Assembly (NCBI GenBank): GCA_043827405.1
Contig: JBDRPD010000088.1
Location: 1 to 41,601, forward strand
DNA length: 41,601 bases
Direction of reading: 5' to 3'
Source of the DNA: Elusimicrobiota bacterium
Lineage (GTDB): Bacteria > Elusimicrobiota > Elusimicrobia > UBA1565
Made by a program: the position numbers and the translations under genes. Below are positions 19,133-28,124 of the stretch, in pieces. Every line of letters begins with the position of its first letter. Within the stretch, counting starts at the first letter, position 1. The notes beneath the pieces were generated by a model. The model worked only from the letters and a program-made list of their open reading frames with translations. It searched no databases and was not told the DNA's origin.

Positions 19133-19876
19133 TTAGATCTGAATCACTAAAGTCCCGTGATACGACATGATCCTGGACACTTTATGCTCGGCCAGGCGTT
19201 CATCGATCGCTTCGATCACTCCCTTGGCATGAGGTCTGAAATCATCAAAAACGACGATGGAACCCTTTGATAATTTCGGAAAAAACAGCTCGATATCTTT
19301 GGCCACCCCCTCTTTGCTGTGGTCTCCGTCGATGAACAAGAATCTGATTTGAGCATCCGACAGTCTGGCGACTGCTTTTTCGTTCGACATATTCAGCAAG
19401 GTCACGCAGTCTGAAAGTCCCACCCGTTTCATGTTGGAGTGGAAATTGTTTTCCAGATCGCTTAAATCGTCGCGCGTTACTCTGAAACTACTCTTCGCCT
19501 CTCCCGGAGTCCCCGCAAAATGGTCGATCGCATAAAATCTTCCATTTCGCGAGTTCGACACCGCTCTTGCCAAAAAGCTGGTGGAACGGCCTTGCCAGGA
19601 GCCGATTTCTACGACATCCCCCTTCTTTCGCTGCATGTAGCACAGGGAATACAGGAACTGCCCCGATTGGGGGGTGATCATGCCGGGAAGGGTACGTGAA
19701 ATCTCGGCCAATGACTCGAGGTCCACAATGTCCTTAACGGACATCAACTTGATTTTCGAGTAAGGATCGATCGGGGTGTCGGGTGCCAGTGAAGGGCGGA
19801 ATTCGTAGTCGGTTTCCTTGCGCCGGCTGATCTCAAGCCCGAAGATGTTAAAAAATCTCTGGATGGCTGCTTTCAT
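19133..19876 (-). CDS. Class I SAM methyltransferase (Methyltransf_24-like)
   Basis: VVEIGSWQGRST, AIDHFAG, FLFIDGDHS, IVVFDDF. ATG 19876 lies 4 nt after the wzt stop. Confidence 0.88.
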   Translation of the reverse strand: MKAAIQRFFNIFGLEISRRKETDYEFRPSLAPDTPIDPYSKIKLMSVKDIVDLESLAEISRTLPGMITPQSGQFLYSLCYMQRKKGDVVEIGSWQGRSTSFLARAVSNSRNGRFYAIDHFAGTPGEAKSSFRVTRDDLSDLENNFHSNMKRVGLSDCVTLLNMSNEKAVARLSDAQIRFLFIDGDHSKEGVAKDIELFFPKLSKGSIVVFDDFRPHAKGVIEAIDERLAEHKVSRIMSYHGTLVIQI

Positions 19877-19880
19877 GGAG

Positions 19881-21152
19881 CTATTCGATTCCCTCGATGG
19901 AAACAGAGCCATCAACCAGGAATTGACTCTCCTTTTCGAAGACTTGGTAGCCGGATCGATAGAAATCTCCGTCGACGACATCTATCTGCGAAGCCCATGT
20001 CATAAAATCCGCGGGTATCCCTCCTGCGACAAGATACGCGTCCAGCCGGTAGCGTTCGGTAACGAGCGGGAATCGTTTAATCTCGCATATGATCCGCCCC
20101 CTCGATGGAGCATTCGCGAAGCGCTGTCCGGTGAATCGGGTGCCGAATTGAAATATAGCCTCCCCCGACTGCTTCAAGGCGACGAACTGAAAGAGGAGGT
20201 TTTCGACATTCGCGTCTGACTTCGCGGCATACTCGAACACAAGTCGAATCGTTTGACCATTTGCGGCGACCTCGACCTTCTCGCCGGCCTCGTTTTCAAG
20301 ATAAAACCGGGTCAGCTTCACTTCTCCGCTGCCGGTACGATCCTTCCTAAGGCTTAACTTCTCGCTGCTGCGGGCTGTTTCGCTGTGCTGGTCCAGGTAA
20401 TGAGAAACACATTCATGTGCGGGCCCGGAAAATTTAATCTTGCCCTCGTCAAACAATATCCCTTTTTGACAAATGCTCGAAATCGCCGCCATATTGTGGC
20501 TGACGAGCAGAACCGTGCGCCCCCCCTCCGCCGCCTTCCCCATCTTGGCGATGCACTTTCTTTGAAAATTCGCGTCGCCCACTGCTAAAACCTCATCGAC
20601 GATCAGTATGTCCGGCTCCATATGCGCGGCCACGGAAAAAGCCAGCCGCATATACATGCCGCTGGAATATCTCTTGACTGGCGTGTCGATGAATCTCTCG
20701 ACTTCGGCGAAAGATACGATCTCGTCGAACTTCCTCGATATCTCATCGCGATGCATCCCCAAAATGGCGCCATACATGTAGATATTCTCGTGCCCCGATA
20801 ATTCGGGATGGAATCCGGTGCCCACTTCCAGAAGCGAGCCCACTCTGCCATTTAAAATAACCCGGCCTTTGGTCGGTTCGGTGATCCTGGAGAGTACCCG
20901 CAGGATGGTCGATTTTCCCGCGCCGTTTCTGCCGATAATCCCTATCGCCTCCCCCTTCTTGACCTTGAATGAGACATCGTCCAGAGCCCAGATGGTCTCC
21001 GCTTCCGGGACGGGTTTCCCCAAATCGGCTATTCGTTGAAAGGGCGCCTTAATGGAATCCATCAAGGTCTCCTGGAAGGTGCGATAGCCTTCATGGGCGC
21101 CGATACGATAGCGCTTCGAGAGATTCTCAACTTCTATGGCGTAGGCGGACAT
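19881..21152 (-). CDS. wzt: Polysaccharide ABC transporter ATP-binding protein with Wzt C-terminal carbohydrate-binding domain
   Basis: WALDDVSF, GRNGAGKST, LLEVGTGFHPELSG.EN, YSSGMYMRLAFS, DEVLAVGD, VSHN, plus a long C-terminal extension. Confidence 0.94.
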   Translation of the reverse strand: MSAYAIEVENLSKRYRIGAHEGYRTFQETLMDSIKAPFQRIADLGKPVPEAETIWALDDVSFKVKKGEAIGIIGRNGAGKSTILRVLSRITEPTKGRVILNGRVGSLLEVGTGFHPELSGHENIYMYGAILGMHRDEISRKFDEIVSFAEVERFIDTPVKRYSSGMYMRLAFSVAAHMEPDILIVDEVLAVGDANFQRKCIAKMGKAAEGGRTVLLVSHNMAAISSICQKGILFDEGKIKFSGPAHECVSHYLDQHSETARSSEKLSLRKDRTGSGEVKLTRFYLENEAGEKVEVAANGQTIRLVFEYAAKSDANVENLLFQFVALKQSGEAIFQFGTRFTGQRFANAPSRGRIICEIKRFPLVTERYRLDAYLVAGGIPADFMTWASQIDVVDGDFYRSGYQVFEKESQFLVDGSVSIEGIE

Positions 21153-21154
21153 GG

Positions 21155-21988
21155 CTAGATTACATCCGCGAACGTTTTCTCCATATTTTGGAAAAAACGC
21201 AGGCCCGACAGCAGGATAGCGGCGATAACCAAGGTGGAGATTCCGAGTAGACCCCAATCGACCGGCTGATGTCCCAATAGAGACGCACGAAAGGCCTTTA
21301 TCACGCCGCCCATAGGATTTAAGGCAAGAAACCAGCGGTATTTTTCCGGCACCATGCTTACGGGATAGATTACCGGCGAGACAAACATCCAGAGCTGCAC
21401 CAGAAATGGGATTACGTATCTAATATCCCTGAATTGAACGTTAAGCGCAGACAGCCATAGCCCTGTGCCGACCGCGCACAAAAACGTCAACCCGACAAGG
21501 CAAGGGAACAGCAGAATCTCGAAGCCGGGAGCAAGCCGGTAATAAAACATCATTGCGCCAAGGACCAGCATCGCTATGAAAAAATCCAGCAGTCCGGCGA
21601 GAGCCGCCGCGGCGGGCATGATTACGCGAGGGAAGTAAACCTTGGTGATGAGATTTGAGTTTCCTACCAGGCTGTCTCCCGAGGCCGATAGAGCGCCGGC
21701 GAAGTAGGTCCATGGCAGAAGTCCGGCATAGACGAAAACGGGATACGGAATCCCATCGGACGGCATCTTCGCCAAACGTCCGAAGAAAAGGGTGAACACA
21801 ATCATCGTAAATACCGGTTGGATTATGGCCCATAATCCTCCCAGGATTGTCTGCTTGTAGCGGACCTTTATGTCGCGCTTGGTTAAGAAATAGAGCAGTT
21901 CCCTGTAGCGCCAATACTCCTTCAGGTCGAGCGCCAGCATGCCCGTGCGAGGCGTGATTGTAATCGTGCTTGCAGCCGAGTTCAGCAT
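21155..21988 (-). CDS. wzm: Polysaccharide ABC transporter permease
   Basis: RDIKVRYKQTILGGLWAIIQP, LITKVYFPR, FRDIRY, LNPM, FADVI. Confidence 0.94.
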   Translation of the reverse strand: MLNSAASTITITPRTGMLALDLKEYWRYRELLYFLTKRDIKVRYKQTILGGLWAIIQPVFTMIVFTLFFGRLAKMPSDGIPYPVFVYAGLLPWTYFAGALSASGDSLVGNSNLITKVYFPRVIMPAAAALAGLLDFFIAMLVLGAMMFYYRLAPGFEILLFPCLVGLTFLCAVGTGLWLSALNVQFRDIRYVIPFLVQLWMFVSPVIYPVSMVPEKYRWFLALNPMGGVIKAFRASLLGHQPVDWGLLGISTLVIAAILLSGLRFFQNMEKTFADVI

Positions 21989-22062
21989 AGTTTCTTCTAA
22001 GTGCCTTCAAACGTCACGCATAATGCGCCATGTCCCAGTTCCGCCGCATGATTCATATGATA

Positions 22063-22090
22063 AATATAACAGAAGCGGAAAAAAGCGCAA
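22063..22090 (-). promoter_or_regulatory. Putative sigma70 promoter for the wzm-led sub-operon
   Basis: Minus strand TTGCGC-N16-TATATT with an extended -10 TG, in the 129-bp gap upstream of wzm. Confidence 0.4.
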
Positions 22091-22117
22091 TAGCCGGCGC
22101 GAAGTGCTCGATCACGC

Positions 22118-23533
22118 TTAGGCCCTCGAGATGTGAGCTGCGGAAGTGCCAGCCGACTTCCCTTGGCCCTCCTCTACGCCACCCGAATAGATACGCATTG
22201 CGATAGCGGTCAAAAACCAGAACGGCTCCATCATTCGAATGATGATGAATGTATTGACGCCGATGGATTGCACCAGGAGTGCGATATAGACGCATAGCAG
22301 GCCGAAGACCAATCCCTTTTGCAGGGGGGCCTCCGTCGTGCGCCAAACGCGCCATAGCCGGATCAAGAGCCCCGACATAATGGCGACCCAGCAGGCAAAG
22401 CCGAGCAAGCCCGTCTCACCGATTACCAGCGGGATCTGGGTGTCGCACAATCCGACTCCCGTGACCCCATAACCGAAGAAGGGATGCCGCGGGATCCAAT
22501 CCTTGCGCAGCTGACGCCATTTACGCAGTCGTACCGCCGCGGAGGATTCGATGGTGACGTCCTTCCCCCCCAGGCGCAGCACCTCCTGGCCGCCCGCCGC
22601 CACAAAAGTAAAGGCAACTCTGGCGCGGGCCAACTTAATGTAGTCCTTGTAGAATATCGGCGCGATATAGAGGGCGATCAGAGCGCCCATCAGCAAGAGC
22701 AGGACTCGGCGCCCCTTTCCTAATGCGATCATCGCCGCGATCATTACTACTGCCGCGAAGTATGTGGACCGGGAGGTCGTCGCGAGCATCGGAGGAATGC
22801 AGAAAATGAGGACCGCCAACAATGTTAGGCGGGTTCTGGCATGGTTATGGTACAACGCGATGCCGCCCATTATGCCGCAGGCAATCAGGAGGTAGCCTCC
22901 TAATGTCGCGGTCTCAGTAACGCCTTGGTCTATATCGAAAGGACAGTAAGGCGCTTGGCCCTGAGCCATCATGTAGTACGCAAATACCAGCACCGCACCG
23001 AGGGTAATGAGTCCGGCCCACAGGAATATGCGGCTCCGGTCAAAGTCCTCGATCAAGTGATACGCCATGTAGTAGAGCATGTAGTATTGCGCATACTTCA
23101 ATAGATACATGGTCACGGGCAGAATGCCCAGCCTCCCCTCGATCAAGCCGATTAGGCTCGACACCACCGCGACCGCGATATATGCCAGCATGGGCTTGAT
23201 GAGCGGGACTTTGAAGCCGACGAGCGGCATCTTCTTGAGGGCCGCGATCGTGAACCACGATGTAAAGATCAAGAGCAGCATAATATCGTCGAATCGGATC
23301 TCGATTGAACGCAGACCTAGTCGGCCAAGAGAAAACGCCGGGGAAAGCAGCATCGTAAAAACTAAGATAATGAGACCCGCCCGCGGACGGACCAGAGTGA
23401 CCAGCCCCGCTAGCAGGCCCGTTACGGCCATGGGGGCGCCCCAGCCGGGGACGGTGAAGCCCAGCCACACGAAAACGAAGCTCAGCACCAGGCCGAGGCC
23501 CAGCAGCCCGAGGTTTAGCGCGGTAATATGCAT
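22118..23533 (-). CDS. O-antigen ligase/polymerase (Wzy/WaaL-like) membrane protein
   Basis: About 12 hydrophobic segments, TTSRST, S...R...W...HPFFGYG, ETGLLG; directly downstream of wzc. Confidence 0.8.
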   Translation of the reverse strand: MHITALNLGLLGLGLVLSFVFVWLGFTVPGWGAPMAVTGLLAGLVTLVRPRAGLIILVFTMLLSPAFSLGRLGLRSIEIRFDDIMLLLIFTSWFTIAALKKMPLVGFKVPLIKPMLAYIAVAVVSSLIGLIEGRLGILPVTMYLLKYAQYYMLYYMAYHLIEDFDRSRIFLWAGLITLGAVLVFAYYMMAQGQAPYCPFDIDQGVTETATLGGYLLIACGIMGGIALYHNHARTRLTLLAVLIFCIPPMLATTSRSTYFAAVVMIAAMIALGKGRRVLLLLMGALIALYIAPIFYKDYIKLARARVAFTFVAAGGQEVLRLGGKDVTIESSAAVRLRKWRQLRKDWIPRHPFFGYGVTGVGLCDTQIPLVIGETGLLGFACWVAIMSGLLIRLWRVWRTTEAPLQKGLVFGLLCVYIALLVQSIGVNTFIIIRMMEPFWFLTAIAMRIYSGGVEEGQGKSAGTSAAHISRA

Positions 23534-23560
23534 TGTCTGCGCGAGGCTGCGTGAGGTCCG

Positions 23561-25471
23561 TTAAGTTTTCTTATCGTCTTCTTCTCGCGTGTAGTAGTCG
23601 TAATATTCGGCGGACCGGTAATAGCCGTAGCGCGGCTCGAGTTCCTTGGGGCGCACATCGTTGAGTACGATGCCGAGAGGGCGCGCCTTGACGGTGAGCA
23701 GTTCATCGCGGGCGCGCTTGAGCGCGGAGCGCGCCATGCGCCCCGCCTGGTAGAACATGACCACGCCATGCGCCAAGGGTCCGATCAGCAGGCCGTCGGC
23801 GAACAGCAGCAGCGGCGGGCAGTCGAATATCACCCAATCGAATTGCTTTTTGGCGTTGGCGAACAGATCGATGAATTCGCGCCGCTTAAAGAACTCGGTG
23901 GGGCTGACCTTGGCGCTCCCGGCGGTCAGCAGCGAGAGATTCTCTATGCCCCGGGCCGACAGCGGGTCCGCCATCTGCGCCGAGCCGACCATGAAATCGG
24001 TGACGCCCTTCAGCGCGCTTTCCATCGGCTTGCCGCCGATGACCACATCGGTCAATCCCATATCATTGGGCACTCCCAGCATGCGGTGCAGGGCGGGCCG
24101 CCGCAGGTCGCCGTCGATCAGGAGCACGCGCACGCCGCTCTGTACGGCGGCGAGCGCGAAGTTCATCGATGAGATGGATTTCCCTTCGCCGATTCCCGAA
24201 GAAGTGAACAGCAGCGAGCGCCCCGTCTGTACCTGCAGGTGGCTTTCGATGTTGGCGCGCAAAGAGTGGTAAGCCTCGACCGCGGGCGACTGCGGCTTGA
24301 GATGGATGATGAGCCGGCGTCGGATAACCTCGGTCGCCTCATGCCGGCCTACTTTAAGCCAGGCGAACAGATCGAATTCGCTCTCGCCGTCCGCCAGCGG
24401 GATATGGGGGATCAGGCCGAGCACCGGCATTTCCAGCGCCTTTTCCACGTCCTCGACGGTCTGCAGGGACGTATCCAGATTTTCCGCCAGGAAGGAGAGA
24501 ATAAGGCCCAGGATAAGACCCAGGATGGCGCCGAACATCATATTGCCCATGCGGTCGGGACGGATCGGTTTGGAATTGGGCGTCGCCGTCGCGACCATAT
24601 TGCCCATGGACACAATTAACGCGGATGCCACCTTCTGCTCTTCGAACTGTTTCGCCAAGGAAGTATAGATCGTTTCCTGGATGCGCAGGTCGCGCTCAAT
24701 GCGGGCCGCTTCCATCCCCTCCGCGGGCAGGGTCTTCATCTGTCTTTGCAGCACCTCGATCTGCTTGGTCAGCTGGAGCACGTCGGGATGTGCCTCCATG
24801 TAGCGGTCCAGCAATACCTTCCTCCTGCCTTCCATGTCGAGCAGCTTGTTCGCGAGGCTGCCGGCCGCCAGCGACCCCGTAGGAGAATCCTCTGCCAGGC
24901 GCCTTTTATCCTCTTCGAGCTGGAACATGATCGCTTCGATCTGCGCTTTGCGCCGCGTGATATTCTTGAGCGCTTGCTCATTGGACTGTCGGCGCGTTTT
25001 GCGGTCCAGGTCGATATAGCTTTGGGCTATCGCATTGGCCAGCGCGGCCGCTTTTTCCGGGCCATCCGCCTCGGCGTTGATATGGACCAAGGTCGTTTCC
25101 TGCAGCTGCACCGCCTTCGTATTGCGCATGGACTGCGCGATCAATGTGCCCTTTTGTGACGGCGGAGTCTTATCGTTAAGCGTCCCCATCGCTTCCAGGG
25201 CCGCCTCGGCGACAGCCGCCGATTCAATAACCTGCAATTGGGTGGTAATTCCGGTATACGGATCCCAGGCTCCGAAAGAGCCGAACTTCCCGGTTTCTCC
25301 CGGCGGCGGTTCGATGCGCAGCGTCGCGAAGGCGCCGTAAACAGGTTTCTGATAGATGCTGTAGATGCCGGTGATCGTGACGGTGACGATGAAAGCGAAG
25401 AAGATGAGCCAGCTTCGCCGGCGCAGGATGCGCCAGTAATCTTCCAGACTGAGCTCGACCGGTAAAGCCAT
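23561..25471 (-). CDS. wzc: Polysaccharide co-polymerase / BY tyrosine autokinase (Wzc/GumC type)
   Basis: Two TMs flanking a coiled-coil region with HPDV; EAYHSLR, Walker A GIGEGKS, IDGDLRRP, IFDCPP; C-terminal Tyr cluster YGYYRSAEYYDYY. Confidence 0.92.
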   Translation of the reverse strand: MALPVELSLEDYWRILRRRSWLIFFAFIVTVTITGIYSIYQKPVYGAFATLRIEPPPGETGKFGSFGAWDPYTGITTQLQVIESAAVAEAALEAMGTLNDKTPPSQKGTLIAQSMRNTKAVQLQETTLVHINAEADGPEKAAALANAIAQSYIDLDRKTRRQSNEQALKNITRRKAQIEAIMFQLEEDKRRLAEDSPTGSLAAGSLANKLLDMEGRRKVLLDRYMEAHPDVLQLTKQIEVLQRQMKTLPAEGMEAARIERDLRIQETIYTSLAKQFEEQKVASALIVSMGNMVATATPNSKPIRPDRMGNMMFGAILGLILGLILSFLAENLDTSLQTVEDVEKALEMPVLGLIPHIPLADGESEFDLFAWLKVGRHEATEVIRRRLIIHLKPQSPAVEAYHSLRANIESHLQVQTGRSLLFTSSGIGEGKSISSMNFALAAVQSGVRVLLIDGDLRRPALHRMLGVPNDMGLTDVVIGGKPMESALKGVTDFMVGSAQMADPLSARGIENLSLLTAGSAKVSPTEFFKRREFIDLFANAKKQFDWVIFDCPPLLLFADGLLIGPLAHGVVMFYQAGRMARSALKRARDELLTVKARPLGIVLNDVRPKELEPRYGYYRSAEYYDYYTREEDDKKT

Positions 25472-25481
25472 TAGGTCTCCA

Positions 25482-26414
25482 TCAAAGCAGGAGTATGACC
25501 GCCGCCACGGTGGTGATTAAGTTCAGCAATGTTGTCCATGGCGTAATAAGCGCTATTTTCTGGTTCGCCTTCGCCAGCGCGATATCCGGCACATAGATAA
25601 TGTCGCCGGGACGCAGCGGTACGTCACGCGCCAGGTTGCCGTCCAGGACGCTTGCGAAGTCCACGTCGAAGACCTCGCCGCCCTCGCGGAAAATGCGAAT
25701 AGCATCGATCTTGGCGTAGGAGCCGAGTCCATTGGCGCGGGTGACGACATCGAGCATCTTCATGCCCGCGACATAATCATAGGAGCCGGCGTTCTTGATC
25801 GCTCCCCAGATGAAAACCATATTGACGCGGAGCGGCACCTCGACGCGGTCGCCCGGCATGAGCGCATAATCCTGGGACAGGTCGCCGCGCGCCAGGATGG
25901 CGTCCACGTCTACAATTTTGATTTCCTGATCATCCGCGGGGCCCCGGTAGACGCGAACGTTCTTGCGGTCCGAGTTGTTGGTGAATCCGCCCGCATTCAC
26001 AATGACCTCCGAAAGCGACATCCCTTCCACGTGGCGAATAAGTCCGGGCGCACGAATCTCGCCGGTGAGAATTACATGCCGGCGCGAGAACTGCACCACG
26101 CTCAGGCTTACCTTGGGCTTGCGGAAATAGAGTCCGAGCTGCTTTTCAAGCAGGCGGATCGTTTCCGTCACGCTCTTGCCGCGCACATCAACGCGGCCGA
26201 GCGTCGGCAAGACGACGCTGCCGTCTTGGCCGACTACGCGCTTGCCGCTCAGCTCCGCCTGGGGATAAACCGAGATGTCGAGCATGTCGCCCGAGCGGAT
26301 GTGATAGTTGGCATCTGAATTGATATCGCTGGTCTTGTCGGCGGCCGCATTGAGGTCCGCCGGTTGGACCGCCGCCGCGATTAGCGCGGAAATAATTAAG
26401 GGCAGTATCTTCAC
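25482..26414 (-). CDS. wza: Polysaccharide export protein (Poly_export + SLBB domains)
   Basis: YHIRSGDMLDISVY, DGSVVLPTLG, GEIRAPG, LMPGDRVEVP, LRPGDIIYVP. GTG 26414 with GGAGG 5 nt upstream. Confidence 0.85.
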   Translation of the reverse strand: MKILPLIISALIAAAVQPADLNAAADKTSDINSDANYHIRSGDMLDISVYPQAELSGKRVVGQDGSVVLPTLGRVDVRGKSVTETIRLLEKQLGLYFRKPKVSLSVVQFSRRHVILTGEIRAPGLIRHVEGMSLSEVIVNAGGFTNNSDRKNVRVYRGPADDQEIKIVDVDAILARGDLSQDYALMPGDRVEVPLRVNMVFIWGAIKNAGSYDYVAGMKMLDVVTRANGLGSYAKIDAIRIFREGGEVFDVDFASVLDGNLARDVPLRPGDIIYVPDIALAKANQKIALITPWTTLLNLITTVAAVILLL

Positions 26415-26535
26415 ATATGCCTCCAATGGATAACGCTACATTAACAGTCCTTTGCGGTTTTTTCAATACCCCGTATACATTTTTGTTACACCCCTTGGAT
26501 CTTCCCGGCTCGTGTTCCTTAATACACATAACTCC

Positions 26536-26553
26536 AATAAGTTGAATAAGTTG
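26536..26553. promoter_or_regulatory. Tandem 9-bp direct repeat (AATAAGTTG x2) in the AT-rich divergent promoter region
   Basis: aataagttg-aataagttg read directly between the wza-like gene (-) and the ABC ATPase (+); function inferred only. Confidence 0.35.
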
Positions 26554-26598
26554 AAGGCCGGTACCAACTTTGTGCGAATAAGGTACATTGTCCTGCGA

Positions 26599-27315
26599 AT
26601 GGTTACCATTGAGACCCGCGGGCTGGCGAAAGCGCTGGGCGGACGCAAGGTATTGCGTGATGTCAATTTTTCGCTCGAGGCGGGCAAGGCCGCCTGTCTG
26701 GTCGGAGCCAACGGCAGCGGCAAGACCACCTTCCTCAAGATTCTGGCCGCGGTGCTGCTTCCCGATGCGGGAACGGTGCGGATATTGGATCATGAGCTCC
26801 AATACGCGCCCGCCTGGATCAGGGGAAACGTCGGCTGGCATGGCGGCGAGGAGCGCAGCATGTATGCCCGGCTCACCTGCCGGCAAAACTACCAATTCTT
26901 CGGCGCCCTCTATGGGCTGTTCGGCGAAAGGCTCGCCGCAAGCGTCGAGTCCGCCGCCGGCCTGCTGGGCCTCTCCGATCTGGACCGGCCCTACCAGGAG
27001 CTTTCCGCCGGCATGAAGCAGCGCGCCCTGATGGCGCGAGCCATGCTGCATGATCCGCCGGTGCTGCTGCTCGACGAGCCGACCAAAAGCCTGGATCCGT
27101 TGGCCGCCGAGCGCTTCCTGCAGGATACCGTTCTGCCCGCGGCCCGCCAGGCGAATAAGACGGTGCTTATGGCAACGCACCGGCTGGAGGAAGCGGAGCT
27201 CATCGCCGATGAGATTTGGCTGCTCGCGGACGGGAAGCTGGCGCGTGCTTCCAGCCGCAGCCGCCGGGATGTGCTCAAGCTGCTTAAAATGAGCGGCCGG
27301 GAGCAGGCATCGTGA
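26599..27315 (+). CDS. ABC exporter ATP-binding protein
   Basis: GANGSGKTT, LSAGMKQR, LLLDEPTKSLDP, ATH. ATG 26599. Confidence 0.92.
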   Translation: MVTIETRGLAKALGGRKVLRDVNFSLEAGKAACLVGANGSGKTTFLKILAAVLLPDAGTVRILDHELQYAPAWIRGNVGWHGGEERSMYARLTCRQNYQFFGALYGLFGERLAASVESAAGLLGLSDLDRPYQELSAGMKQRALMARAMLHDPPVLLLDEPTKSLDPLAAERFLQDTVLPAARQANKTVLMATHRLEEAELIADEIWLLADGKLARASSRSRRDVLKLLKMSGREQAS

Positions 27316-28124
27316 TTTTAGCGCGCCAGCTCTTGGCTTTTATGCGCAGAGACATTCAGCTGGAGCTGAGCTATCGCTTTGCCGTCGGGCTGCATGTATT
27401 CGGCATGCTGGCGCATCTGCTGACCTTCTACTATATCGGGCGCCTATTGCCGGAACAGGGCAGCTCCTGGCTTAGCGAGTACGGCGTATCCTATTTCCCC
27501 TTCGTCCTGGTCGGCATCGCCTTCACCGGCTTTCTCGGCTTCGGTTTGGTCGGCTTTTCCGTCGCGCTGAGAAATGAGCAGCAATACGGCACCCTGGAAG
27601 TCCTGCTGGCCAGCCCGACCCCCGCCTGGCATATCGCGGTGCTGGCGACTTTCGCCGGCTATGGGGTGACGCTGTTGGAGAGCGTCGTATATCTTGGGGC
27701 TGGATCGATATTCCTGGGAGTGGATTTCTCCCATGCCGCGTGGCTGACTGCCGCGGTGACCTTGCTGCTCGTGGTCGCCTCGTTCTCGGCCCTGGGCGTC
27801 CTCGCCGGCAGCTTTATTCTGTACTTCAAGCGCGGCGACCCGGTCAACTGGATTATGGGTACCTTGTCGCAGTTTCTCGGCGGCGTCTATTTCCCGGTGG
27901 CGGTTCTGCCGTCCTGGCTCGGCGGCTTGGCGCTGCTCCTGCCCGTCACGCATGGCCTGCATGCCATGCGGCTGGCGCTGTTTGAAGGAGCGGGCTTGGG
28001 CGAGGTGGCGCGGCCGCTGCTGATCCTGCTCGGCTTCAGCGTATTCGGCTGGCCGCTGGCGCTGGCGGCTCTGCGCGCGGCGCTCGATTCCGCTCGTCGC
28101 AGATCCAATCTGAACCATTACTGA
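27312..28124 (+). CDS. ABC-2 type exporter permease
   Basis: Six TM-like segments, EQQYGTLE.LLASP, LGGVYFPVAVLPSWL, LPVTHGL; GTGA overlap with the ATPase. Confidence 0.9.
   Translation: MILARQLLAFMRRDIQLELSYRFAVGLHVFGMLAHLLTFYYIGRLLPEQGSSWLSEYGVSYFPFVLVGIAFTGFLGFGLVGFSVALRNEQQYGTLEVLLASPTPAWHIAVLATFAGYGVTLLESVVYLGAGSIFLGVDFSHAAWLTAAVTLLLVVASFSALGVLAGSFILYFKRGDPVNWIMGTLSQFLGGVYFPVAVLPSWLGGLALLLPVTHGLHAMRLALFEGAGLGEVARPLLILLGFSVFGWPLALAALRAALDSARRRSNLNHY

Noticed and set aside
4659..21988. Mobile element or prophage explaining the lower-GC block
   Set aside because: No integrase, transposase, tRNA or terminal repeats were seen.
22053..22355. 100-aa minus-strand ORF between the wzy-like gene and wzm
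   Set aside because: It mostly overlaps the wzy-like gene in another frame and runs over the putative promoter; no motifs.
26552..26578. Sigma54 promoter around GGTACC
   Set aside because: A GG is present on both strands but the -12 GC is missing (TTCA / TTGT).
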